21,832 nt of DNA from Candidatus Eiseniibacteriota bacterium (GTDB taxonomy: Bacteria; Eisenbacteria; RBG-16-71-46; CAZEPH01): NCBI GenBank assembly GCA_044229145.1, contig JBGATO010000060.1:1-21832 (forward strand), given 5' to 3'. Every line of letters begins with the position of its first letter. Position 1 is the stretch's first letter. Shown here piece by piece: positions 14,910 through 21,832 of this stretch. A program made the position numbers and the translations under genes. The notes under the pieces were generated by a model, which worked only from the letters and a program-made list of their open reading frames with translations, made no database searches and had not been told where the DNA came from.

Positions 14910-16478
14910 ATGCGCCTGCATCCCCCAGCCGATTGCGCCGCGCCCCGTCGCGGTTCCTGGATCGTGCGTGTCTGTGCGATGCTCCTGCTCCTCGCAGGGG
15001 CGGCACACGCACAGTCCAACGGCAACGGCAACGGGAATGCTGGCGGGAACTCCGGAAACAACGGCACCGGCGGCCCCGGCAGCGTGCAGGGCGAAAACCA
15101 GCGTCACCAGGGCAGCCCGACCACCGACTACGTCCTGGAACTTGCCCCCGGGCACACGATCTCCGAGATCACCGGCCACGGTGTGACCGCCACCGACTCG
15201 ATCCCGAGTGCCGGCCTCTTCCTGCTGCGCGTTCCGACCCCGCAAAATCCCAATTCGTACGCGGATTCGCTCGAGTACCTGGCGGCCGTCGACGACGCCG
15301 ACCTCAATACCGTGCAATCGACGCCCGAGGCGATCCGTCAGATGGTGCTCGGCGCGGTGGGCGGCTTCATGACGGACTTCACTGGTCAGTCGACGACCGG
15401 ACGCCTGCACATCGACGAAGCGCACCACGTTAGCACGGGAACCGGGCAGATCGTCGCCATCCTCGACACCGGCATCGATTTCACCCACACCGCGTTCAGC
15501 GGGCGGCTCTCGCCGTACGGCCGCGATTTCGTCGATAGCGACTACGACGCATCCGAAGACGCGAACGGCGTCGACGACGACCACGACGGGACGCCGGACG
15601 ATGGCTACGGTCACGGCACCATGGTCGCCGGACTGGTCAGCTTGGTTGCCCCGGATGCCGTGCTTCTGCCGATCCGCGTGCTGGACGACGAAGGCCGCGG
15701 CGATGCGTTCACCATCTGCAAGGGCATCCAATACGCCGTCGAGCAGGGCGCGACGGTGATCAATGTGTCGTTCGGTGCCAACACGCCGTTGCCGGTCATC
15801 GCCGATCAGCTCGAGCACGCGCAGGCGCTCGGCGTCGTCGTAGTGGCGGGCGCGGGCAACAATTCGAGCAACTCTGCCCTGTTCTATCCCGGCGCCTATC
15901 CGACATCGATCATGGTGACCGCGGTCGACTCGGTGGACGTGAAGGCCTCGTTCGCCGACTACAGTTCGCACGTCTCGGTGTGCGCGCCCGGCGTCAACGT
16001 GCGCAGCAGTTATCCGGGCAACGGCTGGGCGATGGGCAGCGGCTGCTCGTTCGCGACCCCGCTGGTGGCCGGCGAGGTCGCGCTGATTCGTTCCGCCTTC
16101 CCCGGCATCGACTGGCAGGGCGTGCACGACCGCCTCGGGCTGGGTGCGGTCCCGATCGACATCTTGCCGGGCAACGCCGCCTTCCGGGGCGGTTTGGGCG
16201 CCGGACGCATCGACCCGTGGTACTCGCTGACCCGCGCCACCACCGCGGTGGACGCGAGCGCGGGCGAGGCCGTCGCCGAGTTGCACGTGCGATCGCTGGC
16301 GGGCGGCGCGGCAGAGTTCGTTTCGCCGTCTTCGCACGGTGGACAGCCGGCGCGGATGCAAGTGCTCGACGCCACGGGTCGCGCGCTCCGCACTTGGCCG
16401 GCGGGTGGCATGTACTTCGTGCGGTGGAGCGCACCCGGCGCCGCCGCGCACCTCGCACGTTTCGCCTACCTGCCGTAA
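14910..16478 (+). CDS. Exported subtilisin-like S8 serine protease with T9SS-like C-terminal tail
   Basis: Signal peptide (MLLLLAGAAHA-Q) and G/N-rich linker. Triad ILD186TG, GH235GTMVAG and GCS380FATP, with oxyanion-hole AGN. The exact start codon is uncertain. Confidence 0.9.
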   Translation: MRLHPPADCAAPRRGSWIVRVCAMLLLLAGAAHAQSNGNGNGNAGGNSGNNGTGGPGSVQGENQRHQGSPTTDYVLELAPGHTISEITGHGVTATDSIPSAGLFLLRVPTPQNPNSYADSLEYLAAVDDADLNTVQSTPEAIRQMVLGAVGGFMTDFTGQSTTGRLHIDEAHHVSTGTGQIVAILDTGIDFTHTAFSGRLSPYGRDFVDSDYDASEDANGVDDDHDGTPDDGYGHGTMVAGLVSLVAPDAVLLPIRVLDDEGRGDAFTICKGIQYAVEQGATVINVSFGANTPLPVIADQLEHAQALGVVVVAGAGNNSSNSALFYPGAYPTSIMVTAVDSVDVKASFADYSSHVSVCAPGVNVRSSYPGNGWAMGSGCSFATPLVAGEVALIRSAFPGIDWQGVHDRLGLGAVPIDILPGNAAFRGGLGAGRIDPWYSLTRATTAVDASAGEAVAELHVRSLAGGAAEFVSPSSHGGQPARMQVLDATGRALRTWPAGGMYFVRWSAPGAAAHLARFAYLP

Positions 16479-16481
16479 CTC

Positions 16482-19277
16482 TCAGGCGCGTCCGTACGCG
16501 CTGAATCCGCCCCAATAGAACGGATGGTCGAAGCGCTCGCGCACCGTCGCGGCGGCGGCGCGCAAGGCGGCTGCGGCATCCCCGCGGGTCTCGCCGGTTG
16601 CGTAGGCGGCGTGGAAGGTTTCCATGAGGGCCGCCGTTGCCTCGTCGCTCACGCGCCAGCGGCTCGCCACCAACTGCCGTGCGCCCATCGCCAGGAAGCC
16701 GTCGGCGACACTCTGCGCGTCCTCGCCGCCTCGCCCGAAGATCTGCCCAGTTTGGCACGCGCTCAACACGACGAGGTCCGGGGTCGCGCGGCGTCCGAAG
16801 AGATCGGCGAGGAAGAGCCCGCCGTCGCTGGTGTGCAAACGCGAGAAGAGCGGGTTGTCGTCGCGGAACGCCCCGTGCGTGCTGACGTGCACGATGTCGG
16901 CGTTCTGCACCGCGTCGAGGATATCTTGGGTGCGGGCGTGCGACGTGACGCGACACGCGGCGGCCGGGAAGCGTGCAGCCACCGCCGCCACTTCGTGCGC
17001 CACGGCCGGCACGTCGTCGGACACCACCCCGCACACGGCGACACGCGGCACCGACGCAGGCGCCACGCGCGAGGCGGGCCGCAAGAGGTCGAGCGTCGGC
17101 ACGCGCGTCCACGTCCAGTGACGATCCACGTACCCACTGCCGTCGTGCAAACTTTCGAACGGCACTCCGTGCAGGAACGCATGCGGGGCGACGACGATGC
17201 GCCGCGCGCCGGCCAGCGCGGGCAGGGCGGGCGCCACGACCGCCTCGTACACGGCTGTCAGCGCGGCTTCCGCACTGGCGCGCAGGAATCGCAGGTTCGC
17301 CGGGCCGGCCTGCGCGTTCACCAACAGGCTTTCGAGCAGGAAGCGCACGCGATCGACGGTGGCGCGCATGGCGCGCGCGGGGGTTGGCAAGACGCACACG
17401 GCGTCGCTGTCGTGTCGTACGCTCACCAGCACGACGCGGTCCCCGGCGACGAAGTACGCCAGTGCCGCTTCGTCGGCAGCGAGCGCCGCGCGCACGCCGG
17501 CGAGACGCGCCGCGGCCGCGCCGGCATGCGATTCGTGCGCTTCGGCGTGCATCAACGCGCGCAGCACGGTGCGTTCGCAGCGCGCGAGCTCCGTCCGCAG
17601 TCGCGTGGTCTCGGCGTCACCGGCCGCGCTGCCCCGCGACAGTTCGCGCTCCTCGAGGCGCTGCGTGAGGACGCCGAGACGTGCGCGCTCGCCGGCCACG
17701 GAGGCCGGCAATCCGGCGCGGCCATCGGCCAAGCTGTCGCGAAATCCGCGGCCCCGCGCGCGTTCGATGACGTCGGTGATGCGGGCGGCGCGCGGGGTGG
17801 TGGCCGCCAGTTCCCAGGCCAGCAGGTCGTCCCACACCGGCGCGAAGTCGGCCAGGGCGCGATGGCGCGCTTCGGCACTCGGCAGCAGGGCACGCTGCGC
17901 GTCGACGAGAGCGGCCGCGTGGCGGAGGGCGCGGCCGGCGGCGGCGCGGTGTCCGGCGCGCAAGGCGGTGCGGCCGCGCGTCGCCCACACGCCCGCGCGC
18001 ACGCGGAGCGGCAAGGCGTCGCGGCGCGCCTCGAGCGGCCGCAGCACCTGCGCCGCACGACTCACCGCGCCACGTGCCAACCACGCATCCGCCGCCACGC
18101 GGCGGGCTTCGGCCTCGCGTGCCGCGAGCCCGGCCTGCTCGAAGATGCGCACGGCGCGCTGCGCCGCCCGGCACGCCGCGGCGAGATCGTTTTCGAAGGC
18201 GTGCAGGCGCGCGAGATCGAGCAGCACTTCCCCTTGTCGCGGCCGGACACGCCGGGCACGGAAATACGTCAGCGCCTCGTCGAACAACGGCCGCGCCTGC
18301 TGCGGGTCGCGCTGCGCAAGTCGTGCGCGCGCCAGAATGAGCCGTGCCAGCATCGCATCGAGGTCCATCTCCTCGCGCGCGAAACCGTGCGCCGCGCGCG
18401 TCGCGTACACCGCCGCTTCATCGGCGAGGCCGAGCGCGAGATAGAGGCTCGCTTGCGATCGCGCCGCGGCGGCGCGCATGTCGTGCGCGTCCTGCACCGC
18501 GAACACGGCGCCCGCTTCCTCGAGGAGCAGCAGCGCGGTGCGATAGTCGCCGGCACGCGCCTCGAGCTGCGAACGGTTGAACTGTGCATGCGCCGCGGCG
18601 AACGGCAGATCGAACCGCGCGCACAAGGCGGCGCACTGGACGAAGTAATCCCGCGCCTCGTCGAGCCGCGAGAGGTTGGTGCAGGCCACCGCGAGATTGA
18701 GCGTCAGCATCGCCCACGTCGGGTCCTCGGAGCCGCTCGCCGCGAGGGCGTCCCGCGCCGCGGTGTAGGCATCGAACGCGTCCTGATAGCGCTCGGTGTG
18801 ATACGCGGCGTTGCCCCGATTGAGCAGCAGTTTGGCGAGGTAGACGGCATCGCCGGTCCGGCGCAGCAACGTCTCGGTGCGGCGCGCCAGGGCGCGGGAT
18901 CCGGCCGCGTCGCCGGCCAACGCGAGCACGTGCACACGGCCCACCAACAATTCGCCGAGCAGGCGCTCGTCGCCGGTCTGTTCCCAGAGTGCGGTCGCGT
19001 CGGCGTAGAGGCGGCGCGCGGCGACGATGCGGCCGGCGTAGAGCGAGGACTCCGCCGCGCAGCGCGCCGCCCACGCACGCGCCGTCAGCGACGCACCGCG
19101 GCACGCCGCGCGCAATGCCCGCGCGAGCGCAACCGCGTCGGCAGGCTGGGCGAGATACAATGTGGCGGCACGATCGCGCACGGCGCGCGCGGCGTCCATC
19201 TCCACCGCGCCGGCGCGCAGCGCGGCCACCACCTCCGCGACCGGCGCGGACGCCACATCACACACCGGTGCCGTCAT
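16482..19277 (-). CDS. TPR-CHAT domain protein (caspase-like clan CD cysteine protease)
   Basis: TPR-like helical repeats (LAKLLLNRGNAAY, AMLTLNLAVAC, EVLLDLARLH) and an ERARGR linker motif. CHAT motifs VVAPHAFLHGVPFESL, IVHVSTH801G, LVVLSAC841QTG, ASRWRVSD and HPFYWGGF. Confidence 0.92.
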   Translation of the reverse strand: MTAPVCDVASAPVAEVVAALRAGAVEMDAARAVRDRAATLYLAQPADAVALARALRAACRGASLTARAWAARCAAESSLYAGRIVAARRLYADATALWEQTGDERLLGELLVGRVHVLALAGDAAGSRALARRTETLLRRTGDAVYLAKLLLNRGNAAYHTERYQDAFDAYTAARDALAASGSEDPTWAMLTLNLAVACTNLSRLDEARDYFVQCAALCARFDLPFAAAHAQFNRSQLEARAGDYRTALLLLEEAGAVFAVQDAHDMRAAAARSQASLYLALGLADEAAVYATRAAHGFAREEMDLDAMLARLILARARLAQRDPQQARPLFDEALTYFRARRVRPRQGEVLLDLARLHAFENDLAAACRAAQRAVRIFEQAGLAAREAEARRVAADAWLARGAVSRAAQVLRPLEARRDALPLRVRAGVWATRGRTALRAGHRAAAGRALRHAAALVDAQRALLPSAEARHRALADFAPVWDDLLAWELAATTPRAARITDVIERARGRGFRDSLADGRAGLPASVAGERARLGVLTQRLEERELSRGSAAGDAETTRLRTELARCERTVLRALMHAEAHESHAGAAAARLAGVRAALAADEAALAYFVAGDRVVLVSVRHDSDAVCVLPTPARAMRATVDRVRFLLESLLVNAQAGPANLRFLRASAEAALTAVYEAVVAPALPALAGARRIVVAPHAFLHGVPFESLHDGSGYVDRHWTWTRVPTLDLLRPASRVAPASVPRVAVCGVVSDDVPAVAHEVAAVAARFPAAACRVTSHARTQDILDAVQNADIVHVSTHGAFRDDNPLFSRLHTSDGGLFLADLFGRRATPDLVVLSACQTGQIFGRGGEDAQSVADGFLAMGARQLVASRWRVSDEATAALMETFHAAYATGETRGDAAAALRAAAATVRERFDHPFYWGGFSAYGRA

Positions 19278-19310
19278 CGCACGTCCCCGCGCGGCACCGC
19301 GTGCATCCTC

Positions 19311-20498
19311 CTATCCGAGGTGCGCGTGGACCAAGCGGCGGAACAACTCGACGCCATACGGCAACGCCGCCTCGTTGATGTCGAAACGCGGGCTGTGGTG
19401 CGGCGCCACGATGCCACGCGCCTCGTCGCGCGCGCCGAGGAAGAAGAAGCACCCGGGCACGCGCTCGAGGTACTCGCTCATGTCCTCGCCGCCCATCGTC
19501 TTCACGCCTTCGGTGACGACGTTCTCCTCGCCCATGTAGCCGCGCGCGATGTCGATCACACGCTGTGTCGAGATCGGCTCATTGACGGTCGCCTTGTTGG
19601 TGCGCTTGTACTGCAACTCGTAGGAACAGCCGAGGCCTTGCGTGACGCCGGCGACGATGCGCTCGATCTGTCCGGGGATCGCCTCCCACACGTTGCGGTC
19701 GAAGCTGCGCACCGTGCCGGTGAGCGTCACGCGCTCGGCGATGATGTTGAACGCGCTGCCGCCGTGGATCGTGCCGACCGTCACCACCGACGACTGCAGC
19801 GGCGACGTGTTGCGCGACACGACGGTCTGCAGCGCGGTCACCACCTGCGCCGCGGCGACGATCGGGTCCACCGCCTGGTGCGGCATCGCGCCGTGTCCGC
19901 CGACGCCGGAGATCGTGAGATGGAACTCGTCGACCGCCGCCATGATCGGGCCGGGCGCCACCGCGAGTTGCCCCGCCGGCAGGTCCGCCCACAAGTGAAT
20001 GCCGTAGGCGACATCGACCTTCGGATTCTCGAGCACGCCATCGTCGACCATCGCGCCGGCGCCGTTGCCGCCTTCTTCCGCCGGCTGGAACACGAACTTG
20101 ACGATGCCGCGCAAGCGCGCGCGTTCGCCGACCAGCAGTTTCGCGGCGCCGAGCAACATCGACACGTGTCCGTCGTGGCCGCAGGCGTGCATGACGCCGC
20201 GTTCCTGCGACGCGTACGGCTGCGCCGATTCCTCGGTGAGAGCGAGTGCGTCCATGTCGGCGCGCAGCATCACGCACGGCCCATCGCCCGCGCCGCCGCG
20301 CAGCAGTCCGACCACGCCGGTGCGGCCGATGCCTTCGGTGACCTCGAGGCCGAGTGCGCGCAGACGCTCCGCCACCATCGCCGCGGTGGCGTGCTCGGCG
20401 TACGAGAGCTCGGGATGCATGTGCAGCTGGCGGCGAACCGCGATCAGCTCCTCGACGAGTTCGGGGCCGAGCGTGACTTCCGGCATGGCGACGGACAT
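19311..20498 (-). CDS. M20 family (M20D-like) metallo-amidohydrolase
   Basis: RRQLHMHPELS, LRADMDAL, MHACGHDGH, FQPAEEG, GGHGAMPH, GEDM and HHSPRF. RBS AAGGAG lies 6 nt upstream of ATG 20498. Confidence 0.92.
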   Translation of the reverse strand: MSVAMPEVTLGPELVEELIAVRRQLHMHPELSYAEHATAAMVAERLRALGLEVTEGIGRTGVVGLLRGGAGDGPCVMLRADMDALALTEESAQPYASQERGVMHACGHDGHVSMLLGAAKLLVGERARLRGIVKFVFQPAEEGGNGAGAMVDDGVLENPKVDVAYGIHLWADLPAGQLAVAPGPIMAAVDEFHLTISGVGGHGAMPHQAVDPIVAAAQVVTALQTVVSRNTSPLQSSVVTVGTIHGGSAFNIIAERVTLTGTVRSFDRNVWEAIPGQIERIVAGVTQGLGCSYELQYKRTNKATVNEPISTQRVIDIARGYMGEENVVTEGVKTMGGEDMSEYLERVPGCFFFLGARDEARGIVAPHHSPRFDINEAALPYGVELFRRLVHAHLG

Positions 20499-20527
20499 GG
20501 GCGACTCCTTCTGCGAGGCGAGGGGCG

Positions 20528-21637
20528 TTAGGCGGACGTGTTGGCGGCGAGCCGCTCGCGGTAGGCCACGGCGAGCGCGTCGTAGAGACCGTCGCGCGTG
20601 TCGTAGAGCCGCTTGAGGGCGCGCGGTGCGCGATTGGCGAGCGCGTACGCCGTCATCACCGGCAAGGCGACCGTCGAGTCCACGTAGCACACGACCGCGT
20701 CCGGCAACTTCTCCGGATCGACCTTGCCCCAGCTCACCGCCTCACCCGGCGTGGCGCCGGAGAGGCCGCCGGTGTCCGGCCGCGCGTCGGTGACCTGCAG
20801 GAAGTAGTCGTGTCCGGATTCCGCCAGTCCGAGCACTTCCTGGATCTGCGGCTCGGTCTGCAGCATGAAGTTCTTCGGCGAGCCACCACCAAGCAACAGC
20901 ACCGCGCTCTTGCCGCCCGACTGCTTCGCGTTCCACACGATCGCCGCCGTCTCGTTGACGTCGCGCTCCGGATCGAAGTGGAGCAGCGAGCCGGTGAGCG
21001 TGTTGGCCGCGATGTTCATGCCGATCGAGCTGTCGCCCGGCGACGACGTGTACAACGGCACGCCGCACTCGTATGCCACCGCGACCAGCGACTTGTCCGT
21101 GATGCCGAGCACGCGCTCACGCTCGTGAACGTACTTGCCGAGCAGGTAATGGAACTCCGCCGTGCCCATCGTCTTCTGGAACTCCGGCGCCCGCGTCACC
21201 TCGCGGATGAACGCGTCGGTGGAGAGCAGCACGTCGTACTCGAAGAAGATGTCGTAGATGCGGATGATGCCGCTCTCGCGCAGCGCCACGTCGTCGACGA
21301 ACGCGGTGCCGGTGTGCAGCGGCAGATTCAACCCGTGGTGCAAGTCGTGGTAGAGGTTCGCGCCGGTCGACACCACCCAGTCGATGAAGCCGGCGCGCAT
21401 CAGCGGAATGATCGCCGCGATGCCGAGTCCGGCCGGCGTCAGCGCGCCGGTGATCGACACGCCGACGGTGACGTCGCCCTCGAGCATCCTGCGCGTGTAG
21501 AGCTGACACGCCTCGCGCAACCGCGCCCCGTTGTAGGCGAGGAAAGTGTTGTCGACGAGGTCGGTGACGGAAATGTCGCGGGTGATCGGCGCCGGGTCGA
21601 TGCGGCGGCCGCTGAGGTAGCTCGAACGGGTGCTCAT
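20528..21637 (-). CDS. speY: Deoxyhypusine synthase-like protein (homospermidine biosynthesis, SpeY type)
   Basis: [38 protein letters not shown] and [18 protein letters not shown]. From recall, it closely resembles the cyanobacterial SpeY type. The start was set at ATG 21637. Confidence 0.85.
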   Translation of the reverse strand: MSTRSSYLSGRRIDPAPITRDISVTDLVDNTFLAYNGARLREACQLYTRRMLEGDVTVGVSITGALTPAGLGIAAIIPLMRAGFIDWVVSTGANLYHDLHHGLNLPLHTGTAFVDDVALRESGIIRIYDIFFEYDVLLSTDAFIREVTRAPEFQKTMGTAEFHYLLGKYVHERERVLGITDKSLVAVAYECGVPLYTSSPGDSSIGMNIAANTLTGSLLHFDPERDVNETAAIVWNAKQSGGKSAVLLLGGGSPKNFMLQTEPQIQEVLGLAESGHDYFLQVTDARPDTGGLSGATPGEAVSWGKVDPEKLPDAVVCYVDSTVALPVMTAYALANRAPRALKRLYDTRDGLYDALAVAYRERLAANTSA

Positions 21638-21783
21638 GGTTGGGATCGTGTGCTCCGGACGATTCAGGAAGGCGGCAGAGGCCGCCGGCAGGTCCGCGCA
21701 AGGCGGCGCGTGGGGCGAGATGTACCATGCGCCCGGCCCCTCAACAAGTGCCGAGCCCGGCGCCCTCCGCGCGGACACTGCGA

Positions 21784-21821
21784 ACTATACCCCTTCGGCG
21801 GAAATGCCGCTGCGCCGAAGG
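21784..21821 (-). promoter_or_regulatory. Candidate -10 box (TATAGT) of the speY operon with adjacent 9-bp inverted repeat
   Basis: Minus-strand GGGTATAGT (hexamer at 21784-21789). CCTTCGGCG-N12-CGCCGAAGG spans 21792-21821. Confidence 0.4.
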
Positions 21822-21832
21822 TGGCGTTGCCC

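Noticed and set aside
14460..15067. Small ORFs in the ECF-S8 intergenic region (62, 108, 112 aa)
   Set aside because: There is no convincing RBS or motif and they overlap candidate promoter elements. A small peptide cannot be fully excluded.
16482..19277. Calling the locus a type III-E CRISPR (Craspase) system
   Set aside because: No cas7-11, csx30/csx31-like assignment or repeat array can be supported. The similarity is only in architecture.
16524..20531. 1335-aa plus-strand ORF
   Set aside because: It is an antisense shadow of the CHAT and M20 genes with no motifs. Long stop-free frames are expected at this GC content.
21638..21778. 47-aa N-terminal extension of speY from GTG 21778
   Set aside because: It is not similar to the family N-terminus, so ATG 21637 is preferred. 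The GTG does lie 5 nt after the TATAGT box, so a leaderless longer form is not excluded.

Overview
High-GC bacterial window (about 70% by eye) with 19 plausible CDSs. No rRNA, tRNA, CRISPR array or mobile element was seen. The left half is an oxyanion-uptake region: modB-modC, a VOC-family gene and a membrane/GAF protein, then an OprO/OprP-like porin-sbp-cysT-cysW-cysA operon. That operon is preceded by a candidate sigma54 promoter with enhancer-like repeats and followed by a sigma54 activator gene. The middle carries a flavin-reductase-like gene, a small ion-channel-like membrane protein, a polysaccharide deacetylase plus GNAT pair, and yqgE/algH. The most interesting part is a four-gene module at 13155-19277: an ECF sigma factor, a translationally coupled soluble Zn-finger-like putative anti-sigma, a divergently transcribed exported S8 protease with a T9SS-like C-terminal tail, and a TPR-CHAT (caspase-like) protease with an intact His/Cys dyad. 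This suggests a CRISPR-independent, protease-controlled transcription system. The window ends with an M20 amidohydrolase and a deoxyhypusine-synthase-like speY. All family calls come from motif recognition; no searches were run.
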